A stretch of DNA of 64,000 nucleotides from Octopus sinensis. Lineage: Eukaryota. Shown here piece after piece: positions 34,351 through 46,658 of this stretch. Numbering within the stretch: the stretch's first letter is position 1; every line of letters begins with the position of its first letter. The position numbers were made by a program, and so were the translations under genes. The notes beneath the pieces were generated by a model, which had not been told where the DNA came from, made no database searches, and saw only the letters and a program-made list of their open reading frames with translations. The stretch spans positions 13,185,579 to 13,249,578 of the forward strand of contig NC_043026.1 of assembly GCF_006345805.1 (NCBI RefSeq), read 5' to 3'.

Positions 34351-34602
34351 TTAGAAGGGTTCCACAATGCTTTGCACTCATCACTAACATCCACACATCC
34401 CAATTGGTGGAAACTATGCACTGCCCTTACATCTGAGGAGGGATTAAACCAGACAAAAATTGCACACGTTCGACGTGGAGGAACAACAACAACAAAAAAG
34501 ACCTATCAAATTACTGATGCACGACTGAAGAAGTTAGTTCAGGAATATCAAAATGAAAATCCTCTGCAATTTTTAAGAAGTATTACACACAATTTGTTTT
34601 AA
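34351..34602 (+). mobile_element. MULE (Mutator-like) transposase C-terminal fragment
   Basis: EGFHNAL...HPNWWKL...EE...KKTYQITDARLKKLVQEY...FLRSITHNL. Confidence 0.65.
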
Positions 34603-34804
34603 TAATTTTTTTTTTAAGTAAAATAAATTTTCTTATACTTACTCTATTTCACAATGTACTCACTGTTATTTTTTGTTTATCTTATTGTTATAATAAAATG
34701 TGTGTGAAAATTTAATCTTTTCTTCCTTTATCTCAAATTATATTATTTTTGAAATTTTGTGAGGAGTCTTTTTCATAGATTCTTGCTCAATGGGAGAACA
34801 TTAA

Positions 34805-35189
34805 CCCTTTCGTTACTGTATTTATTTTGAGATGCTCTGTGTTTCTTTCAATTATTTTATAACAAAGAATTTAGTAAAATAACTTAGTTATCATTAAGTT
34901 AGTGCTAGGAACATAAATTATGACTAAGGTTTGGTGGAAGATTTTAATTCAGAACTTTTGAAAACAAGACATTTGTACAACAGAGCCAGAGGCGGTTTCA
35001 GTCGTATCGGTATCGAAAAGGTTAAATATAACAAAGAATTTAATAAAATAACTTAGTTATCATTAAGTTAGTGCTAGGAACATAAATTGTTACTAAGGTT
35101 TGGTGGAAGAATTTAATTCAGAACTTTTGAAAACAAAACATTTGTACTCACAGCGAGAAGTGGTTTCAGCCGGGTTGGTATTGAAAGGG
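34805..35189. mobile_element. piggyBac-type MITE plus a tandem partial copy (TTAA-CCC...GGG-TTAA)
   Basis: TTAA at 34801 and 35190; CCC/GGG termini. Confidence 0.75.
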
Positions 35190-35621
35190 TTAAATTGATC
35201 CCATCTCAATTCAAGTAGATTATAAAGATTATCTTCTATCTCACCTTCAGACTCTCTCTCTCTCTCTTCTTAAGACTTGAGAGATAGACAGATTAAATAA
35301 CACAGGTACTGGCCCACGGTCTAGAGAAACTGACCACAGTGATTATTAGCGGGTGGAATTTACCTATGTTGTTTTTGTTGTTGGCGGCTCTACTGGCTTC
35401 GTTTTGCTGCTTTCACCGTCCGGTGAGGGTTTCTCATTTGCTGAGCGTTGACGCACGCGAGTTTCTCAGGGCCAGTAAATTGCGGGCCGTTTGTGTGGGG
35501 ACCAGTAGTGGCACCGGAGGGGCCGCGTGCAGGATAACAATATACATGTTTAATGCGTAACTTCGGTATATGTACCGGTGGAAGTACCGGATACATTTCA
35601 AGAAAGTGTTTTTGGCGATGA

Positions 35622-35908
35622 TACGGTACAAGTACCGGTGTACTTTTCAAAAAACTTTTTTTTAATATATACGGAGGGTTATGGTTTCTGTTAGGGTTAG
35701 GGTTTGTGTTAGGGTTGGGTTAGGGGTGGGAGAAAAGGGTTTCTGTTATCTTCAGAAATGTAAACAAAGTCACGTGTGTACATATACCGAAGCATAGTCA
35801 CATACCCTAACCCAAACCCTAACCTTAACCCTAACACCCCATATATAAAAAAAACACTTTTTTGAAATGTATCTGGTACTTTCAGAAGTACACCGATACT
35901 TATACCGT
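35622..35908. repeat. Palindromic MITE-like element with opposed TTAGGG/CCCTAA-like arrays
   Basis: TIR tacggtacaagtaccggtgtactt / aagtacaccgatacttataccgta; related pieces at 18915-18990, 50230-50420, 50850-50905. Confidence 0.7.
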
Positions 35909-36542
35909 AGCAACGCCAACGACTGGTTGGATCATTTGAAAGAATGGCATTTCTGAATGTACTAATTTTTGTTGGGGACTTCTGACCTATGTCACCGATA
36001 TATCCATCGTTTCGGCAATTTAATTGTTATAATGTGTAATAATTATATTACGAGGACATATTAATGTTTGTGGACGACATCCGATTGCCTACATGTTTCA
36101 GGGTCAGTGTTCTATCACCTTCATCATTAATTAATTCCATCATAAATGAAGTTACATCGTCGATTGTTTGTAACTCATTCGGAATATCATTGCGCGCACC
36201 TTACAATCGTTAGTGGAAAATTGCATCGCCCTGTCTTTCAATGATTTACTATTATGCTAAGGGATTGTTTTGTTATAAGCTGTGAGAAAAAACAAAATGT
36301 TCACCTGAAGTTGTGTTACCTGTCATTTATGATCTCTCTCTAAAATCGTTTTTGCCTTTATTAAACTATATCCAAATCTCTTAAAAGAGAAAAGAGACGA
36401 CCCAGTTGACAATCTGCATTTTCGTAGCGAATAGAATATATATCTGCATTGCATATTTTCCACAAACGTTATCAAAATTCTTATGAGATTCAAGACAAGG
36501 AACTGGATCGTTATATATTAATATATTCCTGAATTCTGAAGA

Positions 36543-37700
36543 ATGAAAATGCAGGACATTAATCGGTTGAACACTTCTAACCCGACTGTTCAGACCGATA
36601 CAGAAACAGTTACACGGACATTCAGCGACGAAAAGCCTTTAATTAATGAATCTAAAGAAATGTTATTAGATAAAAGAAATATTCTTGAATATCGCTGTGA
36701 GATTTGTAGGAAAACATTCTCTTCAGAACAGGAAGTTTTAACGCACAGAGAAATACACAAAACAGAGAAACTATATCGATGTGAAACGTGTGAGAAAGAT
36801 TTTGCTACTAATCGTTATTTAACAAAACACAAGAAATTACACAGTGAAGAAAAACCATATCAGTGTGAATTATGTGAGAAATCATTCGTCTGTAAAAGTT
36901 ATTTAACAAAGCACAAACGAATACATACAGCAGAAAAAAAGTATCGTTGTGAAACGTGTGAGAAAGCTTTCTTTGATGAATATGATCTTGTAGTTCACGT
37001 AAGAATCCACACGGGTGAAAAACGGTATCATTGTGAAATATGTGGTAAATCATTCTCTCAACGTTCTACCCTTATACCCCATCAACGAATACACAGTGGA
37101 GAAAGGCCTTTTCACTGTGATATATGCGGGAAAAGTTTTGTGATCAAATCTGATTTGAAAAACCACGTGAGGGTACATACGGGAGAGAAACCCTACACCT
37201 GTGATCTCTGTGGCAAATCGTTCACTGTTAGCAGCCACTTAAAATCACACAGGAGGATTCATACGGGAGAACGACCATTCCGCTGTAAAATTTGTGGGAA
37301 ATCTTTCAGTGAGAATTCCAGTCTTGTAGATCACCTTGGGAAGCATGCTGGGGAAAAACGCCATCGTTGTGAAATATGCGATAAGTATTTTCATTCTAAT
37401 GGCAAGTTAACAGCACACAGGCGGGTACACACAGGAGAAAGGCCCTATCGTTGCGAAACATGTGGGGAGTCCTTTAAAAATAATTCTCATTTAAAGACCC
37501 ACAAACGAATCCATAGTGGAGAGAAACCTTTCTGTTGTGAAACATGTGGTAAACGTTTCTCTGATAGTTCTGGTTTTATAGTTCATAAAAGGATTCATAC
37601 CCGGGATAAACGCTTCATGTGTAAAACGTGTGGAAAATCATTTTGTGTGAAATCAAATCTTGTTGTTCACCAAAGAATACACAGTGCAATAAACCCATAA
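36543..37700 (+). CDS. C2H2 zinc-finger protein, gene 5 (385 aa, 12 fingers; divergent subfamily)
   Basis: Twelve CX2CX12HX3H units; different leader and codon usage from genes 1-4. Confidence 0.93.
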   Translation: MKMQDINRLNTSNPTVQTDTETVTRTFSDEKPLINESKEMLLDKRNILEYRCEICRKTFSSEQEVLTHREIHKTEKLYRCETCEKDFATNRYLTKHKKLHSEEKPYQCELCEKSFVCKSYLTKHKRIHTAEKKYRCETCEKAFFDEYDLVVHVRIHTGEKRYHCEICGKSFSQRSTLIPHQRIHSGERPFHCDICGKSFVIKSDLKNHVRVHTGEKPYTCDLCGKSFTVSSHLKSHRRIHTGERPFRCKICGKSFSENSSLVDHLGKHAGEKRHRCEICDKYFHSNGKLTAHRRVHTGERPYRCETCGESFKNNSHLKTHKRIHSGEKPFCCETCGKRFSDSSGFIVHKRIHTRDKRFMCKTCGKSFCVKSNLVVHQRIHSAINP

Positions 37701-39160
37701 AAATATTTTCGATCAGTGATTTTTTAAAAAAGGGCTTAAGAATCCACCCTGGAGAAAAACCGTTCTAGTGTTCATATACACAGTGACACGAGAGAAAGGC
37801 TTTTTCATTGTGAAATCTTTTAGCACTAATGGTCCCTTAGAAAGACCAACAAATACACACAAGCGGAAATTCTTTTAACAGACAAATGTAAGAAAATTTC
37901 TTACGGTCCCCCAACATTGAAGAATATCCATTATGGGCATGTGTTGTAAGAATCAATCTTTTACAGATTTTATCTGAGAGAAAGAGCCTTTATCTTAACC
38001 CTTTAGCACTCACACCTGACACCAACATCAGCCACGTGATTGTTTACTTTTAGAATGACATTGTAGGGTAGGTGTGAGAATCTGGTTTCAGTATAAAGAT
38101 GGAAACTACCACCTGTGTCATCTCTTGTGAAAGGTAGGAGAGTCCAGTTTGCTGGACATTGTTGTAGAGCTGAAAAAGAGGTAATTTCTACTCTTCTCCT
38201 CTGGAAGCCATCTACTTGCGATACCAGAGGGCGCACACTCTCCTACCCTGATGTAATCTCCAGGGATACAGGCATCCAGCAACAGGACCTCCGTAATGCC
38301 ATGATGGACCGTGAAGTCTGGCATAGCATAGTAAATTATATTGTTTCGACCACGGTCGAACAATGATGATGATAAAGATGGATACAGCTAGTGTAATGCT
38401 TTAGCATCCAGATTCCTGTGTAAAATGTAATGCTTATTTATTCGCATAGTTTTGAATTAATCCTGCATTATCTCAGAGCTTTGAAATTTCTTCTAAACTT
38501 CTAATCCACTGACATTGAAGAATATTTATCATGAGCAAGCATTATGGAAATCATTCTTTTGCAGATTTCATCTCAGAGAAAAAGCCTCAACCTTAATGCA
38601 TTTGGCAAATCCATCATTATGAACGATAAAGACACACTCATTAATCCTGATTAATATACAGTGAGGAAAAACCATGCCACTGTTGAAATCTGTAGAATAT
38701 ATCTTCAATCAAACAGTGATTTAAGCAAACACGTAAGAATACTCACCAGAGGATCCACACTGCAGGGGATAATAAGAAAAAATGGAAGGGTAAAAGATTC
38801 TATGTATGAAATTTGTGGAAAATTATACATTCAAAAGCCATGTTAATCATAAGCAAATATGTCCAGAAGAAAAATATTCAAATAATTTGTTGAGAATATT
38901 CTTTGCAAATCTTTTAGCATTAATGGTCTCTTAAAAAGACAAATGCATACAAAAGGAAAATCTTTTCATAGCTGAATGTAAGAAAATTTCTTACACACCC
39001 AGACTTACAATCCACCAATATTGAAGAATATTTATTGTGGGCAAGCATTATGGAAATCATTCTTTTTCAGATTTCATCTCAGATGAAAAAGCTTAATTTA
39101 TTTGGAAAATCCATCCTTATGAATTAAAAACACTCCCTCATTAATCTTGATCAGAATAAT
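37701..39160 (+). pseudogene. Decayed zinc-finger remnants and an internal duplication downstream of gene 5
   Basis: e.g. EICRIYLQSNSDLSKHVRIL at 38680-38745; 37815-37985 duplicated at 38905-39090. Confidence 0.55.
38105..38375 (+). mobile_element. RTE LINE 3' end with (GAT)n tail; second copy at 58295-58548 (-)
   Basis: RRVQFAGHCCRA...LLWKP...GRTLSYPDVISRDTG...NAMMDREVW. Confidence 0.8.
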
Positions 39161-39574
39161 GCAGGGGTTAGACGCCAATATGTCTATGAGAAAATTCTCT
39201 TTTTGACTGACTTTGTCCTGACATTGTAGCCTTGCCACCATCTCTGTCCTCAAAACACTGGTGACAGTGTCCCAAACGTGCTTCTCAGCACATCAAACGT
39301 TTTCAGCAATACCACTGCTATGCTACCTGCAACATCATTGATACCAACCAACAAACCCAGTAAATTCTTGTCTTTTTCTCTTTGTCAAACAAGAATCTGT
39401 CAGCATCACATGCCTGCAATCGGTTCATATTGGGTCTCTAATGACATCAGCCTCACCGTTTGCACAAACTGGATGCCCTTCATGATGGTAACCACTTTAC
39501 AGAGTGCACTGGACATTTTACACAGCACCAGGGTGTTATATGACCTTTTTGACTTGAGACAGCATTCACCCAGA

Positions 39575-39790
39575 CTGGGTTGAGCTGGCTTCCTTCATCC
39601 TCAATGCTGCATCTCTCACAAACGCCAACCAAGCCTGGCGATTTGAGGCTAACGACCGCGTGATCTCCAACCACTCCTTATTCCAGCAGCGAACAGCGAA
39701 GATATGGGGGCCTAGGTTGGGTTCCAGATCAGCCTTGACTGTCATCAGCCAGGTTTTTCGTTGTCCACCACATCGCTTTTGCCAACCCTG
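39575..39790 (-). mobile_element. RTE LINE C-terminal fragment
   Basis: GWQKRCGGQRKTWLMTVKADLE...ASNRQAW. Confidence 0.6.
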
Positions 39791-40924
39791 AAGGGGTGCT
39801 ATGTGGCACCAGCACGGGTGCTTTTTCTTATGTGACACCAGGAATATACATAAAATTACTGTCGACAGAAGATGCAACCCTACTTCTGCTGCTTTGGCTC
39901 CTAAGTTTATGACACCGATCCACTGGTCGTCAATATAAATGCACATTAATATGCAACTATCAACTCATTGGTGGGCTTGCACTTTAATATGTACAACTTC
40001 AGTCACTCACTCACTCTTAGCTGCACTCACCTGGCTCTTGTACTTACATATATCTTCATCAGTTATTCCTTCATAGTATTTTTACAATTATACTCTGGCC
40101 TAACATTTAACCAACATTTTTAGTCTTGCATCACCCATTTTTTAACACATGCTCCTTTATACAATCCACATTTGCAGTTCCTGTGCCATTCTTATCATCA
40201 TCATCATCATCATTTAACATCTGCTTTCCATGATTGCATGGGTTAGATGGTTTGACAGGTGCTGGCTAGTGAGAAGACTGCACCAGGCCTCAGTGTCTGT
40301 TTTGGCATTGTTTTTTTACAGCTGGATGTCCTGCCTAACACCAACCACTCTGCAGAGCGGTTTCCATTTACTACGAACATACATTTCACTGGTAGGAGAG
40401 TCATGAGGTGGGAATATTTAGCAATCGGATCTCTACATCCAATCTCCATCATTCACTAGAATATTATTTACACGATAAAAAGCTAAACTAATCACGACTT
40501 TGTGTGAAATAGACTCCAGGAATAATTTCATCTTTTGGCAAGCTTGTTTCTGAGCCTAACCATCAATATAAATGCAGCATGGCTACTTGTCAGAGAGCGT
40601 TGGGTTAGAGCAGAGAGAACAGTGAAAGACAGCAGAGATGAGGCAACGAGTATCCATAGACAGATGCTGACAACATCCACAATGAACGATCAGCAACGGC
40701 AACACAACGACTCTCATTTCACTTTCTCACTGTTGTAACAATAACATTTCAACTCTTTTGACATTTTGTCATTCATAGCACAGACATTGCTTATATTTTT
40801 GTGTAGGAAAAGAATAAAATTTTGTCTATCAAAAATTGCAACAGATTCAGTATTATTCTTTATACATCATCATCTTCATCATTGTCCTAATCGATATAGC
40901 AAGCCCAGCTGACACCAAGGTATG

Positions 40925-41145
40925 CGATAAGTCGGGAGATATGACAGGTTAGCTTGGGACGTTTAAGCAGTTGTGGTCGATGAAAAAGATAGCAGTAGTA
41001 CCAATAATTGTCGGAGCCTTGGAAACAGTGAGCAAAAATCTCGAGAAATATGTGGAACAAATAGGGGCCGCAATAAGGGTGGAGCACTTGCAGAAAACAG
41101 CATTGCTTGGAACCGCCCGAATACTCCGGTAGGTGCTGAAAAAAT
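40925..41145 (+). mobile_element. R4/Dong-clade LINE C-terminal (restriction-like endonuclease end) fragment
   Basis: LWSMKKIAVVPIIVGALETVSKNLEKY...LQKTALLGTARILR. Confidence 0.65.
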
Positions 41146-41584
41146 AAGAGGTATTACCTTTAACATCTGTTATCCATGCTGGCATGGGTCGGATTGGTTG
41201 GCTGAAGCTAGAGAGCTGCACCAGGTTCCACTCTGATTTGGCTTGGTTTCTATGGCTGGATGCCCTTCCTAATGCCAACCACTTCACAAAGTGTATTGGG
41301 TGCTTTTAATGTGGCAATGGCATGAACACGTTTACATGGCACCAGCACAGGACTGTTGCAGGCTAATCCTTTTCACCAGGCAATGGTGGCTCATTGATAA
41401 AATCAGGAGGGTTGCTGCTTCAGAGAATTTTTAGCCGTTGGTTTCATATTGTGTAAAAGGAAAATTTATACATTTAGGCGCAGGAGTGGCTGTGTGGTAA
41501 GTAGCTTGCTAACCAACACATAGAAGGTACCTGTACTAGTGATATGTCTATGTATGATGATGCCTCTGGAACCACTAACTTGGG

Positions 41585-42372
41585 ATGACCCCAGACCCAT
41601 AAAGCAAGAGCATGAAGCTGTCAATCCTCTTTTTCAGGGTGTTTGAGAGGGCCCACGTTTCTGCTCCATAGAAGAGAATGGAGAGGGCCAATGTATTGTA
41701 GATGCAGAACTTCATCTTCTGGGAGATGAAGCAGTGGAAGCAAAGGGGCTTCCATTGAGGGTACATGACTCCAGCATCCAGTCTACATCTGCGGTCAGTC
41801 TCCAGGGTCTTTTATGTGTCACTGGCACAGGTGCTTTCTCTGTGTCACTGACTCGGGTGCCTATGTCATGCCACTGGCACAGGTGCCTTCTATGTGTCAC
41901 CAGCACATGTGCCTTTAACATGTCACTGTGTACCTATTTCATGTCACTGACACAGGCGCCTTGTACGTTTCACCAGCATGGGTGCCCTTTACGGTTCACT
42001 GGCACAGGTGCCTTTTAAGTGCAACCAGCATTGGTTCTTTGACTTTTTATGTGGCACTGCACAGGTGCTTATATGTGACACTGCATGGGTTCTACAACAC
42101 AGTGCCACATGGGCGCTTTTTCGTGACACTGCCAGGAGTACCTTTTACATAGCACCAGCCCAGGACTCTTGCAGATCATCCCTCATCAGTGGAGGAACTG
42201 GTCTTAGCACTTCTGCTGCTCTATCTCTCAGACGAAGCTCTGCATCTACTATGCATTGATCTTCACCATCCTCCTCTATGGAGCAGAAATGTGACCCGCT
42301 GGAAGACCCTGGCAAAGAGGATTGACAGCTTTGGTAGCAGAGTCCTGAGAACCATCAAGAACTTCAGATGGT
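41585..42372. mobile_element. Two oppositely oriented RTE post-RT fragments (41585-41745 -, 42225-42372 +) around a degenerate ggcacaggtgcc minisatellite
   Basis: IYNTLALSILFYGAETW...KRIDSF and ILLYGAE...KRIDSFGSRVLR. Confidence 0.55.
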
Positions 42373-42403
42373 ACCATCATCATCATCATCATCGTTTAGT
42401 GTC

Positions 42404-42569
42404 CGCTTTCCATGCTGGCATGGGTTGGACGGTTCAACTGGGGTCTGGGAAGCCAGAAGGCTGCACCAGGCCCAGTCTGATCTGGCAATGTTTCAAACTG
42501 GGCCTGGTGCAGCCTTCTGGCTTCCCAGACCCCAGTTGAACCGTCCAACCCATGGCAGCATGGAAAGCG
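42404..42569. repeat. Near-perfect 73-bp-stem hairpin derived from a family M repeat
   Basis: Arms 42404-42476 and 42497-42569, one mismatch, 20-nt loop. Confidence 0.9.
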
Positions 42570-43236
42570 AACTGTGTGCACACACATCAGCCTGCAGCCT
42601 ACCACCTTACAGTCTTCTTGAGCGCAGCAAGGTACCAGGCATCTTGGTCCTTTGTCATCCCACCAGCAAGGTTCAGCATCCTCATTTTATACTTATAAAA
42701 AACATCTAGTCCACACTGTAAATTGGTTGGCATTTGGAAGAGCATCCAGCTGTAAAAAACCATGCCAAAATAGATTTCACTGGTGCTGGTTCCACATAAA
42801 AAGCATCCAGTCTACACTGTAAAGTGGTTGGTGTTTGGAAGGACATTCACCTTCCCAACCATAAGGTAGGGTTCAGTCTCATTATGTGACCCCTTGGGCA
42901 AGTGTCTTCTACAATAGCCTTGAATCAATGGAAACCTCAAATTGATCGGGAAGGTAGAAACTGAAAGTAAGTACATTGCCTGTGTATGTTGGTATCTGTC
43001 CCCACCACCACCACCATCACTTGACAACTGGTGTTGGTGTTTACAACCCTGTAACTTAGTGGTTCAGTAAAAGACACTGATAAGTTCAGGTATGGGTTCA
43101 TTCAACTATAAATTCTTCACGGTGGTGCTCCAGCATGGCCACAACCTTGTGACTGAAACAAGTAAAATATGAAAGATATACGGAGATGTACTTGCATAGC
43201 AAGTGATTTGATCTGAGATTGTGTGCTGAAACGAAA

Positions 43237-44059
43237 ACAATTGCAGCGTGGAAGGTGTTTGTAAGCCATTTAAGAAACACACAAAAGCCGTTTGATTCAC
43301 TTCAACATTTAAGTTTAATTTGTCAAAATATTTTCGTCGCTTTAAGACCGCGACCTGTTCACTGACAAAAATCCATGCTGAATAAGGTTTATATATATAT
43401 ATATATACAATTGCAGCGTGGAAGGTGTTTATAATCCATTTAAGAAACACACAAAAGCCGTTCGATTCACTTCAACATTTAAGTTTAATTTGTCAAAATA
43501 TTTTCGTCGCTTTAAGACCGCAACCTGTTCACTGACAAAAATCCATGCTGAATAAGGTTTATATATATATATACAATTGCAGCGTGGAAGGTGTTTATAA
43601 TCCATTTAAGAAACACACAAAAGCCGTTCGATTCACTTCAACATTTAAGTTTAATTTGTCAAAATATTTTCGTTGCTTTAAGACCACGACCTGTTCACTG
43701 ACAAAAATCCATGCTGAATAAGGTTTATATATATATATATACAATTGCAGCGTGGAAGGTGCTTGTAAGCCATTTAAGAAACACACAAAAGCCGTTCGAT
43801 TCACTTCAACATTTAAGTTTAATTTGTCAAAATATTTTCGTCGCTTTAAGACCGCGACCTGTTCACTGACAAAAATCCATGCTGAATAAGGTTTATATAT
43901 ATATATATATACAATTGCAGCGTGGAAGGTGTTTATAAGCCATTTAAGAAACACACAAAAGCCGTTCGATTCACTTCAACATTTAAGTTTAATTTGTCAA
44001 AATATTTTCGTCGCTTTAAGACCGCGACCTGTTCACTGACAAAAATCCATGCTGAATAA

Positions 44060-44109
<50 letters not shown>

Positions 44110-44247
44110 TGCAGCGTGGAAGGTGTTTGTAAGCCATTTAAGAAACACACAAAAGCCGTTTGATTCACTTCAACATTTAAGTTTAATTTGTCAAAATATT
44201 TTCGTCTCTTTAAGACCGTGACCTGTTCACTGACAAAAATCCGTGCT
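43237..44247. repeat. Six-copy tandem array: 154-bp core separated by (AT)8, 6, 7, 8, 20
   Basis: acaattgcag at 43237, 43407, 43573, 43741, 43911, 44105; core matches the dispersed copy at 10925-11038 (-). Confidence 0.92.
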
Positions 44248-44867
44248 GCATCTCTCATAGAAGATATATATATCCTAAAATTCTGTTGTAAAATATTTTC
44301 TTGTATGTCTTGTTCTTTAATTGCAATACACTTTGTTCAAAAGAGAACACTGGAGTCTGATGAGATTTTAGATAAACAGAACTTTATTCTTTTCATACAC
44401 AAACAACAAATATTGTTGTTGACAAAATATTGAGAGAGGTTTTGTTCTTGGTGTAGTTGTAGCAGCAGATAACATGTGGTTAGTTGCTTGCCATCAACTG
44501 ACTTCTAATGTCATTCATTCTTCAACTGTTCCCATCTAGGTTCCCCACCTAGATGGATGCTGGTCCACCGCAGGTGAGCTGCTAGATGCAGGAGGAAAGA
44601 GTGAGAGAAAGTCGTGGCAAAAGAGTCAGCAGAAGTTCACCATTACCTTTTGCCAATGCCGCGTGGAACTTAGGTGTGTCACTCATACACACACACACAT
44701 CACCCGCTCTGAGACTCAAACCCGCGATCCCTCGACTGTGAGTTCCCTGCTCTAACCACTAGGCCATGTGCCTCCACAAAAGGGTGAACACTAGGAAGTG
44801 AAACTGTCAGTAAACACTGCCCTGTATAGGTAACAGCAATGTGTATGATTACAGACCACAAGGTCAA

Positions 44868-45077
44868 CCCTTTAGCATTCAGATTCTTCTGTCAAATGTA
44901 AAGCTTATGTATTCACACCATGTAAAATTAATCTTGTATCATTTCATGGCTTTGAGATTTCAATGATGTGATTGTTTATTTTTAAAATGACACAATAAGG
45001 TAGCTATGAATGACCATATCTGACTAGTTTGAACATAAAATAGGTAGAATATTTTGGCCGGTTTAAACACTAAAGGG
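44868..45077. mobile_element. piggyBac-type MITE (ccctttagcatt...ctaaaggg); further copies at 47571-47790, ~47880-48095 and upstream of the gene 1-4 acceptors
   Basis: CCC/GGG termini with a TTAA-like flank. Confidence 0.7.
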
Positions 45078-45127
45078 TTAATGCTTATTCACAGTATTCT
45101 GAATTAACTATGCATTATCACATAGCT

Positions 45128-45663
45128 TCAAGATTTCCAGGTGATTGCGTTATGGCAAAAATCATGACCCCCCCCATGAGACATGGTGTGTGGTAGTGAT
45201 AGATGCTTTCTCACCAAAGTATTGCAGTCTACGAAGATGTCTGATGGGGTTCTCAGTTATTTGGTTTAACCCCTTAAAATTCAGATTATTCTGTCAAATT
45301 TAATGCTTATTCAAGATTTCCAGGTGATTGTGTTATGGCAAAAATCATGGCACCCCATGAGACATGGTGTGTGGTAGTGATAGATGCTTTCTCACCAAAG
45401 TATTGCAGTCTACGAAGATGTCTGATGGGGTTCTCAGTTATTTGATTTAACCCCTTAAAATTCAGATTATTCTGTCAAATTTAATGCTTATTCAAGATTT
45501 CCAGGTGATTGTGTTATGGCAAAAATCATGACACCCCATGAGACATGGTGTGTGGTAGTGATAGGTGCTTTCTAACCAAAGTATTGCAGTCTACGAAGAT
45601 GTCCGATGGGGTTCCCAGTTATTTGATTTAACCCCTTAAAATTCAGATTATTCTGTCAAATTT
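45128..45663. repeat. Three tandem ~181-bp units in the 3' flank/UTR of gene 6
   Basis: tcaagatttccaggtgattg at 45128, 45311, 45492. Confidence 0.9.
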
Positions 45664-45692
45664 AAAACAATGAACTTTGATAGTGATACAAC

Positions 45693-46658
45693 TTACACAT
45701 CTGAATGGATGGCTACGTGTTTAGTCAAGTTACTTTTTTGTGAGAAAGATTTATCACAGATGTCACAATGATATGGCTTCTCTCCAGAATGAGTACGTTT
45801 GTGTATAGTTAAATCACTGTTTTGAGAGAAGGATTTATCACAGATATCACACTGATATGGCTTATCTCCCGTGTGTATACGTTTGTGTACAGTTACTTCG
45901 CCATTTCGAGAGAACGATTTACCACAGATGTCACACTGAAATGGCTTCTCTCCTGTATGAATCCGAATGTGGATGGTCAAGTCACTCTTTTGAGAGAATG
46001 ATTTCGTACAGATGTCACACTGATATGGCTTCTCACCTGTATGAATACGTTTGTGCTTAGTCATATAACCAATTTCAGAGAATGATTTACCACAGATATC
46101 ACAGTCAAATGGCTTCTCCCCTGAATGAATACGTTTGTGTTTAGTTAAGACTCCATTATCACAGAATGATTTACCACAAGTATCACATCGATATGGTTTA
46201 TCCCCAGTATGAATACGCTTGTGTGCAGTTAAGTTTACGTTTTGAGAGAATGATTTTCCACAGACATCACAGCAATAAGGCTTTTCCCCTGTATGAATAC
46301 GTATATGCCTGGTTAAGTCACTACTTCCAGAGAAGGATTTACTACAGATATCACAATGGTACGGTTTCTCGTCTATATGGATACGCTTGTGAATGGTCAA
46401 GTTGTTTCCGTGAGAAAACGATTTACCGCAAATATCGCAGTGGTACGGTTTCTCTCTCGTATGAATGCGTCTGTGTGTTGTTAAATTTCCGTTATGAGAG
46501 AAGGATTTACCACAGATGTCACAGTGATATGGCTTCTCTCCTGTATGAATGCGCCTGTGGTTAATTACTTCACCGTTTCGGGAGAAAGACTTACCACAGA
46601 TATCACAGTGATGTAGCTTATCATCTACGTTAACCCGTTCCTGAGTAGTTATCTCCAT
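45693..46658 (-). CDS. C2H2 zinc-finger protein, gene 6 (321 aa from first ATG, 11 intact fingers; start uncertain)
   Basis: Eleven CX2CX12HX3H units, no internal stop; ATG lies out of frame inside a decayed upstream finger. Confidence 0.8.
   Translation of the reverse strand: MEITTQERVNVDDKLHHCDICGKSFSRNGEVINHRRIHTGEKPYHCDICGKSFSHNGNLTTHRRIHTREKPYHCDICGKSFSHGNNLTIHKRIHIDEKPYHCDICSKSFSGSSDLTRHIRIHTGEKPYCCDVCGKSFSQNVNLTAHKRIHTGDKPYRCDTCGKSFCDNGVLTKHKRIHSGEKPFDCDICGKSFSEIGYMTKHKRIHTGEKPYQCDICTKSFSQKSDLTIHIRIHTGEKPFQCDICGKSFSRNGEVTVHKRIHTGDKPYQCDICDKSFSQNSDLTIHKRTHSGEKPYHCDICDKSFSQKSNLTKHVAIHSDV

Noticed and set aside
35690-35835. True telomere or chromosome-fusion site
   Set aside because: Only a few degenerate repeats, enclosed by TIRs, with related dispersed copies in the window.
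43237-44247. CRISPR-like look of the repeat/spacer array
   Set aside because: Repeats are 154 bp, spacers are pure (AT)n, no cas genes, eukaryotic context.
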